A DNA stretch of 64,000 bases. Origin: Trichinella spiralis. Lineage: Eukaryota. This document shows positions 40,683 to 52,725 of the stretch, piece by piece. The notes beneath the pieces are model-generated. The model was not told where the DNA came from. It did not search any database and worked only from the letters and a program-made list of their open reading frames with translations. How positions within the stretch are numbered: position 1 is the stretch's first letter; the number at the start of each line of letters is the position of its first letter. The position numbers and the translations under genes were made by a program. The stretch spans positions 9,160,849 through 9,224,848 of the forward strand of contig NW_003526943.1 of assembly GCF_000181795.1 (NCBI RefSeq), in the 5' to 3' direction.

Positions 40683-42155
40683 ATGGCTACAGTGGATGAT
40701 TTGCCCGAAGAATTGTTGGTGAAAATATTTTTGCTGCTTTCTCCGAACGATTGGATGAGTTCAATTTCCACAGTCTGCCGACGGTGGAGGCGGGTGATGC
40801 TGGTCGCCTGGGCGAACGTCAGGTCGGTGAAGAATGTCGACAATTTCGACGGCGAACTCTACTTGGCCGACGGCACGCGCATGGTGGTCCGTTTTGCCAG
40901 CGGCGCCGACGCGTACCGTTTCTACGCCGCCACGGCCCGCCACCTCAGACAGTTGACGGTGGAACTGCGCGACGGGATGCGCTACGAACGCCGGCGCCTG
41001 TTGGATTCGTTCTGCCGCCGTTGCGTCAATTTGCGCTCGTTGACTCTGTCCGGCGCGTTGTGCGGTTCGATCGACTGGGCAATCGGCTGGCTCGACCATT
41101 TGACCAAATTGAAAGAGTTGTCGGTCGACGATTCCAGCCGCTGCTGGCAGCACGACGACGAGCCTTACTGTTGCCCGTCCGAGTGCCGCGGCACCGGCAC
41201 CGCCCGTCTGTTCAGTCGACTGGCCGGTCACTGTTGGCCGCTGACCAAGCTCGAACTCAAAGTGTCCGTGTCGTGTTTGCCGACAGTGGACGTGTTCGAC
41301 CAGGCGTTGCGGTCGATGCCGTTGGAAATTTTCAAACTCCAACTGCTCCAGCCGGTGCGCAGCGCCTACGCGCACGGTCTGCTCCGGGCGACGGCGGTCG
41401 GCTGCGCCGCCACGTTGCGCCACTTTGCCCTGTTCTGCTATTTGACCGAACCGCTCGATCCGCGCCTATGCAAACGGTTCCTGCGCAAATTGACCAAATT
41501 GGACACGCTCGACCTGGGCTTTGGCAGTTCGCACATTGCCGACATCATCGACGATCGTTCCCACTGGACCGGCCACTGTCTGTCGGCATTGGGCAGTTTG
41601 GACTCGTTGCGCCGTTTGACCCTCCGCATGACCGACTTCGCCCCCCTAGCCGACATGAATTCCATCGGTCTGGGACGTCTGTTCGACCAGCTCGCCGAAC
41701 TGTCGTTGAACAAGTGTCGGTTCGGCAGCCGTCGGCAACTCTGCTCGCTGTTGGCACAGTGCGGCACTCTGCGCCGCCTCTCGTTCGGCGACACGCGTCT
41801 GCCGATGGACCACTTGGACGAGCTGATCGTCGCCTGCCCGTCGCTGCGCCGTCTCGACATTTCTCTCCAACAGGAACCGTTTTCGGTTATCGACACGCTC
41901 CACGCCGTCCAACGGGCTTTGCACGACCGGCGTGTCGCGTTCGACGCCCACGCGACCTCTTCCTCTTCGACGCTGGTCATTCAAATTGCCACGCTTCGTC
42001 TGGACGCCAACCAGGGCGAATTGTTGAAAAATTCCCACTTTTGTTGTTTGCAAATAAGCCAACGGCCACTTTTCACTACCGTCACCGTCGACTTGACCGC
42101 CTCGCACCGCTACAGTACCGTCGAGTCTGCTGACCAATTTCAATCGATCCTTTGA
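40683..42155 (+). CDS. F-box/leucine-rich-repeat protein (FBXL-like), single GC-rich coding exon
   Basis: N-term F-box (VDDLPEELLVKIFLLLS...VCRRWRRV) followed by LxxLxL repeats (CVNLRSLTLS, LTKLKELSV, LTKLDTLDLG, CPSLRRLDIS). ATG at 40683 follows an acceptor at ~40664. Confidence 0.88.
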   Translation: MATVDDLPEELLVKIFLLLSPNDWMSSISTVCRRWRRVMLVAWANVRSVKNVDNFDGELYLADGTRMVVRFASGADAYRFYAATARHLRQLTVELRDGMRYERRRLLDSFCRRCVNLRSLTLSGALCGSIDWAIGWLDHLTKLKELSVDDSSRCWQHDDEPYCCPSECRGTGTARLFSRLAGHCWPLTKLELKVSVSCLPTVDVFDQALRSMPLEIFKLQLLQPVRSAYAHGLLRATAVGCAATLRHFALFCYLTEPLDPRLCKRFLRKLTKLDTLDLGFGSSHIADIIDDRSHWTGHCLSALGSLDSLRRLTLRMTDFAPLADMNSIGLGRLFDQLAELSLNKCRFGSRRQLCSLLAQCGTLRRLSFGDTRLPMDHLDELIVACPSLRRLDISLQQEPFSVIDTLHAVQRALHDRRVAFDAHATSSSSTLVIQIATLRLDANQGELLKNSHFCCLQISQRPLFTTVTVDLTASHRYSTVESADQFQSIL

Positions 42156-42576
42156 ATTCGACCCAAACTGGTTTTTCTTTTCTTCGTCGTTTGTTTCTTT
42201 ATTGTTATTATGAAAAACAAACAAAAACTATTTTATTTGCTCAACTGATGACAATTGTGATTTTCTTTCTTTTATCAGTAATATTTTTTCAGTTGTGTTG
42301 TTTGTTCTATTGTTGAAAATTTGACAACCACTCACCGTTCAAAACTTTTTCTACAAGCAAAAAAAGGTATAAAAAATGGGATGAACAGGAGCCGACTTGT
42401 TCAATATTTATTTATTTATTTATTTATTTATTTATATTTATCACTTCTGTTCATACAATGATTAGGATTTTTTTTTGAAAATAATGATTGGAATTCGATT
42501 ACAGCCAATGGTAAAATAATTTTCAACTGCAAAAATGATCATGATCGATTTCAATCGTCAACCGGACAGACAACAA

Positions 42577-43353
42577 TTAGAAACATTCTTTGCAAAACTT
42601 TTTTGCATAATACTTTTCTCGGTTTCTGCGTTCATTTTCCAACTTCGATGACAAATACAGCTGCATCATCATGTAGTCCAGTGACGTGGTTCTCGGCAAA
42701 GCGACAGCTATTGGTTTCGTGGGTGAAATGGCCGCTTGTATTGGGATCATTTCGGCCGGTATTATTGGTGGTCGCATTGGGGGCGGAACCGGGGCACTGA
42801 TCGGTGGTGCGGTCGGTATTCCAAGCGGTAAGCTCAACGGCAACAGCGGTCTGGCCGTCGGGATAAACATTGGATAATGCATCGGCATTGGCAGACCAAT
42901 CGGCAGACCTGCCGATGGGTTCATCGGCGACGGTATGTTCGCCATCGACTGTAGCAGCGTTGGGAAATTTGTCGGAAATGGAACCGTCGGACCCAGTTGT
43001 TGGTCGTCCATTGGAACGTTGAACTTTGGTGTTTTCAACATCGAACGCAGCTTCTTTTTGCCAATGTTGAACGCCGGTTCCAAAGCTCTGGCCATGATAC
43101 GGTCGCTGGATGCCGCCAACGACGGCCACTGTTCCTGTTGTTGTTGTTGTTGTACGGCACCGCCCATCCAAGGTTGGCTTTGGACCTGTTGAGTTTGGCA
43201 CAACGATGGATACTGGTCACAGATTGAGTTTGGATTCCATTTGTTTGCTTTGAAAAGCATACTGCCGGCTTGGGCGTACAACAGCAGCGACAGGAACAAC
43301 AACAACGGCTGCTGAAACGACAGCCAAATTGCGAATACAGCTGGACAGACCAT
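42577..43353 (-). CDS. Putative secreted proline-rich protein of unknown function, single exon
   Basis: 258-aa ATG-initiated ORF with a hydrophobic signal-like N-term (LLLFLSLLLYAQAG), a poly-Q tract, a Pro/Met-rich core and C-term FCKECF. No family recognised. Confidence 0.7.
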   Translation of the reverse strand: MVCPAVFAIWLSFQQPLLLFLSLLLYAQAGSMLFKANKWNPNSICDQYPSLCQTQQVQSQPWMGGAVQQQQQQEQWPSLAASSDRIMARALEPAFNIGKKKLRSMLKTPKFNVPMDDQQLGPTVPFPTNFPTLLQSMANIPSPMNPSAGLPIGLPMPMHYPMFIPTARPLLPLSLPLGIPTAPPISAPVPPPMRPPIIPAEMIPIQAAISPTKPIAVALPRTTSLDYMMMQLYLSSKLENERRNREKYYAKKFCKECF

Positions 43354-46300
43354 AGTTGTCGTCCAAATAGTGGGGTGGAAAAATTCAAATCAATGCAAAA
43401 TATCGCGGATATTATAAGCGAAAATTTTCAAACCGGTTACCGTGCACGCGCAAATATTACTGCCATTGCACGTTTGATCTTGATGACCGAAAACTGGGGA
43501 AAGGGAGGGGGGGTTCAACCATCGCAGACCAATCTCCTCCTCCTTCTTTTCCTCTTCTTCCTCCTTCTCCTCTTCCTTCTTCCCCATCATCCGGATTATC
43601 CTGATAACACAACTCTGTTAGAAAATGAAAATATATTTTCTTTTTATTGAAAATTTAAAAATCCAACTTGAAACATATTCTGTATGATTATTCATTTGCA
43701 TAAATTGCACGCTGTACAACAACAATCAGAAAATTCCAATCAAAGCAAACAATGTCGACCAATGATCGATCGATCACATACATGCATACACGATTACATC
43801 GAATGAAATCAATTATGACACATGTCTTGTCAAATTCAAATTTTTGAAATAAATCTTTCTTTCTTTTTATTCTTTTAAGTAAAACTATCTATTCATTTTT
43901 TTCCATTTATTATTCAATTTTTATTATCAAAAAAGAAAAAACATTTGAAGTAAAAATTGCATAATCAATTATGAAAATGAAAAAAAAAATTTTTTAATTT
44001 TTTAAAGCATATTTTTCTTTTCAATTCTTCAATAAAAGATAAACCACTATTATGTTTCTTCAATTTTTATTTGTTGCCAATTTAATAAATCTTTTTGAAA
44101 ATTGAATTGCAAATTTCATTTTTCATAATTTATAATTAATAATTGTATGAATTATTATAAAATAAATTGTGATAAAATGAATTGAATTGAACAAAGAAAG
44201 AAAAAGCAATGAGTTGTTTATTTAGTTTAAATTTAAACTGGTTATTTGTAGTGGAATGAAATAAATTAATTTTATGTTTGAATGAACGATGAAGACACAA
44301 AGAGACAATGAGAGAAATCTCGAAATGGAAAATTTGTTGGATATATCTTCTTCTTCTTCTTCTTCACTGAATCAGGATGAAAATTAGGCTATCATAATTG
44401 ATAGGTGGTACACAATTAAATTTGTCATTTAATGATGATATTTAGCTTTTGAGCATGCCAAGAATTCAATTTATGGCATTCAAATGATCAACAATACCGT
44501 GTAAAGAGGAGTGGCCGTTGATAATTTATGATAAACTTCTTCATATGTGCAGCATTCATTATTATCATTTCATTTAATTTATATTATTTTTATTAAACCA
44601 TTTTCATGGATTTCATTTAGCGTTCAGTAAATGTCTCGATCATTCTTCTATATTTACATGAAGCACGCCTGATACGAAGCATCAATTAATATTTCAATTG
44701 AAAACTTCATCTTCATCGCTGAAACACAATCATAATTGCAGTAGTTTTTTTCAAAAATTGCACTACATTTCATAACATGCCATTTTTCATACAATTTTCT
44801 CAAAGTTTGAAAATTCAGTTTATATTAATTTCAAAATTTGTATCTCAAAAATGCATTTATTATTTTCATTTACAAAATTTGTTATCGAATAAAATTCAAG
44901 TTAATTTTTTAAAACTGTAGAACTTTACTATGACATTTGCATACTATATACAGTTAACTTTACACGTACAGTAGATAACTTCTCATTTTTCTTCTAAACA
45001 ACATCAAACATAATTGCAGTTGCGTGTATTATTGAATTGTATATTATGGAAAAAAGTCATTTCATTTCATTCATCGTTCATCAATTGCTCATTATTTTCC
45101 CTTAATGAATTGTAAAAAATTAATCAACATATTTTTCTAATCTTCATCATTTGTTGCATTTTTATGTTTCTTACAAATGAAATAATTTTAATTTTTCATT
45201 CATAATACACACTGTGCAATACTTCACTGAACTGTTCAAAAATAAATCAATTATTCCATTGCAACTCAACAATATTTTATTTTCAATTTAAAAATACATT
45301 CAACGGCGAATTTGCATACCTTTTTTATACACTTTTTCTTTTCAGTAAAATTAAACGAGATTTTAAAATCAATAATAATAGAGAAACATGGAAAAGTATT
45401 CAAATTAAAAACGATGCAATTCACTAATTTCACTTCTTCGTATCTTTTTTACGCATGCATAATCTTTTAATAAATACTTTAATTCAAAATATCACTTTTC
45501 AGATAATGCATCAGAAAGTGTTTGAATTCTGCATTCCCTTTTCTGCGATACTTGCTTTGCCTTGGGGGGAATATTTTACATCGTCATTCGATACTCCATT
45601 TCCAATTGAAGATAAACAATAAATATGAATGCAAATATATTTATATGTAAATTTAACAACATTTACAGAATTTTCTTTGCATAGTTATTATAGTCGTTTA
45701 GGAAACTATTGGATATTGTTCATTTCTCCCGGGTCTAGCGTACTGTCCGAAAAGACAAGCATTTTCCAGATAAAAGAAATGGTGTCGCTAGTAATTTGGG
45801 CATGTAAACGGGGAATTGTGTTTCTTTGCTCATTGTCTATTTTTGAACAATTTTCTTTTTTCTCTTGCTTTTTGTTTTTTTGTTTTCAGTAAAATAGAGC
45901 AGCGTAAACAACTTTCCCGCGCAAAATCTGGGGAAATTTTTTGAAAATACCACTACAGTAGGCATGTTAAATTTGAAGCTGCACAAATGCAAATGAATGC
46001 TTTATTTCATCACAAATACATTTAAAATATCACAGCATACTGCTCAGAACAATTTATAATGCGTTGTTGAAAAATTTTAGGAATTACCTGCACACTGAAC
46101 AAAGTAGTGTATTTTCTTATTATGAATTATTTTAATATGATAATGTTCGATTCTAAAAGTATCAAAAAGCATTGAAAAAGTGTAATATAATAATAATAAT
46201 AATAATAATAACAATAAAGAACTGTCTAATGATATTTCAAAATCTTAATAATATCTTAATTTCCTATCACTTGATGACATCAAAATATTTTAAAATAAGA

Positions 46301-47778
46301 CATGCAACAATAAAATTGTCTTTTTCAATTCTCTGCGCAATATGAAATGTTTCTGCATAAATAAAGTTAATGAAGCGTTTGTTCTCAATTCTGTTGAATG
46401 GGTTGTAAACCCAATGTAAATACGTATAAATTTTGAATAAAAGAAAGCGTCAACTTGAATATAATAAATGTACGGTTTGAAATCTGCATAATAACTAGTT
46501 GCAAATGCACCTTTCTCACTTTAACATATAAAACCTTGTTCGCCATTGAACTGCTTTTCAAAATGTGTTCAGTTATTTTTGTAAAATCGACTCATTGCGA
46601 CTCAAAAAACATTGCATTGGATAGTTGAACAAATATTGATGGATAGTATTGCTTTGTTTTAGAATATAGATATTATTTAATGTCATTTGAGCTAGCTTGG
46701 TATCCAATTTCCTTTGCATAAATATAAAAGTTTTCACGCCGTCTCTCAAACAATCACACAATCTGTGCAACGATTGCTCAACATTGGTGGTCATTGTTCT
46801 AGAATAAGGCTTTTTTTCAAGGTGAGCCCATTTTATATTTAAATTTCTAATATTTTTATAAGATGCACCCGCATTTCTATGAATGTAAAGCAAATTGTAA
46901 CAATTGCATTTTATCTATTTAAAGCAATTTTAATTATTATTCTGTTTAATTAAATAAGCTACTCAAATAACTAAGCTGCTGAATACATATAACAGTGCTT
47001 AGCTGACAAGGAAAAATAATCATGCATGATAATAGCAGAAAATGCATGCATAAATGAAATAAATAAATACATTATATGTGTACAGAAATCACATCAAAAT
47101 TTAACATTCTTTGAAAACTGATAGATAGAAACACTAATAGAACTAATGCTAGGTACTAATGAAACTATAAAAGATTATAAATTTTAATAATATATGTTTG
47201 TAATATTTATTATTTTATGGTGAAAAGTTGTTCTTTATTATATAATATTTTTTTATTCATGTCGAGGATTGTGAGAATTTACCTTCAAAAGTTTACTTAT
47301 TTACCTAAAGCAATATATGAAAAAATGTTAAACACGTTCTACTTAATAAGCTGGTTTTAGAGAAAAATTAAAAAAGCAGTTATTTAATTAGTGTTTTTAT
47401 TAAATGCTTTATTTTGCAAATAAAAATTATAAATATATTTCTTAATATTTTTTGTTTAACAAAATTAGAAAAATAAACCTACAACAAATGTATAAAGCAT
47501 TTCATAACTTTTACATTAGAAGTATGAAAACTGTCTGCAGAACTAAGAAAATGCATTAATTTTTGTAGGATTGCATGCTTCAACGACTGAAACATAAATT
47601 TTTTTAATGTATAATCATTAATTACTGTACGAGATGAAAAACAACGAATTAACGAATCAATAATGTCAACTTTGGATAAGTTAAGTAAAGCATACAAATA
47701 ATGTTTAATAAAAAATTAGTGCATTTAATTTGTCACATGGTTGCATTTTTTTGAAAACTCAGTATTCTAGGTATTATC

Positions 47779-49383
47779 ATGAGATTGTTCACTTTGTACT
47801 TCATTGTTTTGCTGAATACGGGCTTCGTGAAGCTATCATTCTCAAAGTTCATTTCCAATCGCACTTATGGCATTCCGTGGCCAATGCCTTATGAATTTAC
47901 GTTGGATAATAGAAATTTTTCCCTGGCACAGGAAAGTTTCAAATTTTACACTACTTATTCCTGCGATATTTTAAATAATGCCATGCAATTCTATCGTAAA
48001 ATACTGTTCCCCCCTTCAGGTAGCACTACTGATGTAACCAGTGAACTTTTACCATTCACGACGCTAAAAATTGTTGTGCACATTCCTTGTCCACCCGACT
48101 ATCCACCGTCAAATATGATAGAAAATTACACGCTTTCGCTATGGCCAAATGGCACAGGTCTTTTGGAATCGTTGCAAGTATGGGGTGCCCTCAGGGGTCT
48201 GGAAACGTTCAGTCAGCTGGTGATTCCTGCTGACCCCGATGAACACACCACAGCCATGCTGAGATCTGCAAATATTAATGATTCACCCAGATTTCCTCAT
48301 CGTGGAATTCTTCTGGATACATCTCGGCATTTCGTTCCAGTTGATGTGATCAAAACCCAGCTTGAACTGATGGCGCAAAATAAGTTCAACGTCTTTCATT
48401 GGCATATCGTCGATGATCCGTCATTTCCTTATCAAAGCGATAGTTTTCCAAATTTGTCCAACAAAGGTGCATTTTCAAATCAAAGGATATATAAGAAAAT
48501 TGACATTTTGAAAGTAATAAATTATGCCCGTTTGTGGGGCATACGTGTGATTGCCGAATTTGATACACCTTGTCACGTTCAGTCTTGGGCAGATGCAATG
48601 GAAAATTTGACATCATCCTGTGATATTTCCCATCTTCACTTTAATCCTCTGACGGGCAGTTTGGACCCCACAAGACCGGAAACGTACTCATTTATGAAAA
48701 CTTTGCTCCAGGAAGTATTCAGTGATTTTCCAGATGAACACTTCCATCTTGGCGGCGACGAATGCGACTTAGGCTGTTGGGATTATAACTGGGCTATAAG
48801 AACGTTCAAAAAGGAAATGAATTTCACTACTTTGAAAGAAGTGCAAGGTTACTATTTGAACAAGTTGCTCGATTTGGTGATGGAAATTAGACCTAATACA
48901 ACACCTATTCTTTGGGAAGATGGTTTGAGTGATTCGATAAAATATTCAGATAAACTGATCATCCAAATGTGGCTTGGCAATACAAGAAATGAGCAACGTT
49001 CTAGGCTAGCAAATGTAACTGCCCGTGGTTATCGGGCCTTGGTTTCTAGCTGTTGGTATTTGAATATCATCAAATATGGTATCGACTGGCCTGGATATTA
49101 CGACTGTGATCCAAGAGATTTTAATGGAACTGTTGAGCAGAAATCTTTGGTCCTCGGAGGTGAAGCTTGCATGTGGGGTGAACATGTGGACAGTTCCAAT
49201 TTAACTCCTCGACTTTGGCCAAGAGCAGCTGCAGTCGGAGAGCGATTGTGGAGCACGGAAATGAAAAGAAATGAATCGACAACTGAGCGATTGGAAAATC
49301 ATCGCTGCCGTCTCTTAGCCAGGGGCTACACTGTGGAACCTGTTAACGGTCCTGGATATTGCTACGAAGTTGCAAAATTGTGA
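47779..49383 (+). CDS. Beta-N-acetylhexosaminidase (GH20, HEXA/HEXB-like) with signal peptide, intronless CDS
   Basis: 534-aa ORF: WPMP; VWGALRGLETFSQL; HRGILLDTSRHF; KFNVFHWHIVDDPSFP; catalytic HLGGDE; GGEACMWGE; LWPRAAAVGERLWS; GPGYC. Confidence 0.96.
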   Translation: MRLFTLYFIVLLNTGFVKLSFSKFISNRTYGIPWPMPYEFTLDNRNFSLAQESFKFYTTYSCDILNNAMQFYRKILFPPSGSTTDVTSELLPFTTLKIVVHIPCPPDYPPSNMIENYTLSLWPNGTGLLESLQVWGALRGLETFSQLVIPADPDEHTTAMLRSANINDSPRFPHRGILLDTSRHFVPVDVIKTQLELMAQNKFNVFHWHIVDDPSFPYQSDSFPNLSNKGAFSNQRIYKKIDILKVINYARLWGIRVIAEFDTPCHVQSWADAMENLTSSCDISHLHFNPLTGSLDPTRPETYSFMKTLLQEVFSDFPDEHFHLGGDECDLGCWDYNWAIRTFKKEMNFTTLKEVQGYYLNKLLDLVMEIRPNTTPILWEDGLSDSIKYSDKLIIQMWLGNTRNEQRSRLANVTARGYRALVSSCWYLNIIKYGIDWPGYYDCDPRDFNGTVEQKSLVLGGEACMWGEHVDSSNLTPRLWPRAAAVGERLWSTEMKRNESTTERLENHRCRLLARGYTVEPVNGPGYCYEVAKL

Positions 49384-50380
49384 GAAAAAAATTGGTAATT
49401 CACGTTTCACCATAATTATAATTAGGCAACTTTTCTAATTCAGCTTTTATCAGTCGAATCATAAATTATTTGCAAATATTCATGTTGAAATTTCATACTG
49501 TTAAACGAATAAAAACCCTTCCAGTCCCGAATTATTTTCCTTCGTCAGAAAAATTTGAAAATTTCAGGAATCAATTCGCAATTAGACATGTGATGTTGTA
49601 TGCCAAATTTGAGAAAAAGTAATTGACGCGGTTCCAGTTTCATCATATGTGATAATTTGGACTGGTGCTGAACAGTGTCATGCATCATGATGTAGCTTGT
49701 AATCGCCATTTTTAATCTTTTATCAATTCTCTCGATGTGTGTTTGTTATCAGCGCTATTTATTTGCTTTTATTTAGACCAATTACAATATTGAAATGTTT
49801 ATGTTGTGTTTTTCATTATACAGGAAAGTAAATTTTTGTGTTATCATTATTGTTGTATATTCGAGGAAGGTTTATTGCGGTGATGAGTTAAAGTACAACG
49901 GTACAGCGTTTTCTGCTAGTTATTGACCAAAACACAACTGAATACACAATACGATACGAGTAAGTTAAAAAGGACAGAGCATGCAACACAACTACTGACA
50001 CACATACACACGTAACTAAGGGGGAGGAGAATTAACACAGTAGGAATATAAAGATGGTTAAGCATGAAACTTTTATCTTCCAGCATAAAAGGAAATATTC
50101 TCAATCAACAATGTGTCCCAACAATTATATTGCACTCAAGTGGTTAATTGTGGTTTATTTATGAAAGAACTGAAAACATTTCATAGTTATCAAATCAAAA
50201 TTATGAACAGGTGTACTTTCTTGCTTTGTTCATGCACAAAGGTGCGTTACATTTCATACAAAAGATAATTTTGAACAGTAATGACATCTTCTTCGCTTTT
50301 CTCCTACATCTGGCCAATGCGCTACCTGATCTTTCTGTGTGCCTCAGGCACAACCTTAGGTGATGGCGTGCGTGAATCGA

Positions 50381-52725
50381 CCGTTAGTGGAAGCGTGAGG
50401 TCCGCTGGACCCCTCCTCGCTAATTCCCATTTTTTGATGTTGGAACCAAATTTTTTCAGCTTTTTGCAGTCGTATTATATACTTTATTGTTTTTTTCACT
50501 GCGCATTTGTTTCCCAGACAGAATTTATGTAGCAAATGTTTGGTTTTATGTATGCAGCAGCTGACGCTCAGCTGTTGTGAACGTGAGAATGGTCCTTTGT
50601 ATTCAGAGTTAACAAATGATATTTTTTTATTCTCTGGAAAGTTCAAACTTTATTTACAATAATAAGTTCTATGATTAATCATCAGTGACAACCTCCTCTG
50701 CGGTTTTTGCAGCACAATCTATACATAATATTTTTGAATGGAGGGAACATATATGGCTCGCACATTCGCTGCATACTGTTTTGGTCTTTCTGTCTTCCTT
50801 CCTTGGACAAAATTTGCATCTCTTTTTTTTTATTTGGACGTTAGTATCTTGCGTGGTACTTGGTCCAGGATCAGGAAGATGAGTTTCAATTTGCAGCAGC
50901 AGTTTTTTGTCAAACTTTTGCACTCCAGGCGGCTTCGCAGATAAGGTTGGAGCAGCTCGAATGCTATATTTTTTATGAAATTTTTTCTTTTGCCGCTTTC
51001 TCCAGTATTATGCTGGTGTATCACGGAAGCATTTATCACTGATACATTTAATAGATGGAAAAATATTGCCAGTGGCCAGCGTCTGCTTTTTCTTGCTGTA
51101 TTGTAACATTGAGCCAGCTGATCCGCATGGTCGACACCACTTTTAGTTTTGTTGTAAAATAGAACAATTTCAGGCTTCTCTCGTGGTCCAATGGAAACAA
51201 TGTTTCCGTCGTGATGCATGCTGCTCAATAATATGACGTTCTTATTTTTTTTGGCACATAAGATACCAGAGTCACATTTTTCTGATATCCAAATAGGCTG
51301 CTGTTCTGTTCTCTATGTTTGGTGTCAATAAAGGCTGCTGGAATCTGCCTTTTGTTTTTCCTCATTGTCCCGACAGCAGTTAGCTTCTCCTTCAGGACGT
51401 CTTCTACCAAGGAGTAGCTCATGAACCAGTTGTCCATGGTGATGTTTCTTCCAGTTCCGACTATTGCAGAGCAAAGCCTTTTGACGACTGCTGCGGGAGA
51501 GGTGTCCATTTGATGAGGCCCTTCATTTTGCTTGCCTACATAAACCTCCACTTTGGAAACGTAATACGTTTCTGAGTCTGATAATTCAAAAATCTTAATT
51601 CCATATTTAGCAGCCTTGCTAGGGATATACATTCGAAATGGGCATCGGCCTTTGAAAGAAACTAACACTTCATCGATGGTGACGTGCGCAGAGTGCATAT
51701 AATTCTCTGTGCAGTTCCTTACAAAGGTGTCAAATACCATTCGAATTGCGGCAAGCTTGTCATGTCGTTTTCGCTCTGAACGTGTTGCATGGTCGTCAAA
51801 GCGCAAACAACGTAGCAGAAAGCGCAGTCGTTGGAGAGACATCGTTGAGGAAAAAATTTCAACACCAGTACCATCAGTACTATATACATCACACAGATTG
51901 AGTCGATTGCTTTGAAAGACACCCGCTAGCAGCAAGAAACCAAGCAACGCCTTTATTTCATTTTCATCTGTATCTCGGATTTTTCCAATATATATGTTCG
52001 TATTGAGGACGATGACATCAAATAATATCTTTGGTCATGAGTAACGACCATATTTCAAAGGGCGTTTTGGCATGTCTGGCTGCACTTCTTGGGCCTTGCC
52101 TTCCGGAATATATGTTATGTGCTCTTGTTCGCACATTTTTCGATGGCTCTTGCTTATTCCATGAACAGACACGATCCCTCCCGATCCACGAATCAGAGCG
52201 TTCATGTATAACTTCTTCAGTTTCACTATCTGACGACAAAGTGCCGCTAAATTCTAAGGATGTATCGTGATCACTCTTCTCAACATAGTCAGAATCGCTG
52301 GCACTGCCTATATCACTTTCCTCAAGAGAATCATTTAGGATGTCTAAGAAACCATCATTATCAGATCCTGTGAGTGATATTTCTAAAATTTTGCGACATT
52401 TGACATGAAATAAATAAAAATTTGCATAAAAAAGTTAATAAAAAAACTAATTATTACCGTTCACAATTAAGTAGAAAACACGTAGCCAAAGAATGAGCGA
52501 TAGCGACTGCACAGTTTGAGAGAAAATTGGATAAATGAGAAAGATATATGAAAGGCAACTGCCCAACACAAGTCGCAGATATGACCGCGCCAGCTGACGA
52601 AAATATCCTACAGCCATTTCTAGGAAGCTATGAAAAACAACAGCTGTCGAGGTTTTCGAATTCTGCCAAAACAGAACGAGAAAGTTTTCGGGTGGTCCGC
52701 TGGACCCCGCGCCACCATTTAAGGG
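50381..52725 (-). mobile_element. piggyBac DNA transposon (~2.35 kb), near full length, decayed
   Basis: Right end ...CCATTTAAGGG followed by TTAA (52726-52729). Degenerate left TIR CCGTTAGTGGAAGCGTGAGGTCC at 50381. Both ends carry the palindromic GGTCCGCTGGACC motif. Confidence 0.85.
50675..52400 (-). pseudogene. piggyBac transposase (PGBD4-like), frameshifted
   Basis: DDD triad motifs VTIDE, TMDNWF and YNKTKSGVDHADQ; YIPSKAAKYGIKI; GTMRKNK; C-terminal RCKFC...CSEC..HIC..H...C..C. Split over four ORFs by frameshifts near 52020, 51240 and 50915. Confidence 0.92.

Noticed and set aside
40751..42224. Long alternative-frame and antisense ORFs (460, 220, 180, 192 aa) over the F-box gene
   Set aside because: Stop-codon depletion is expected at high GC; the products are Arg-rich with no motifs.
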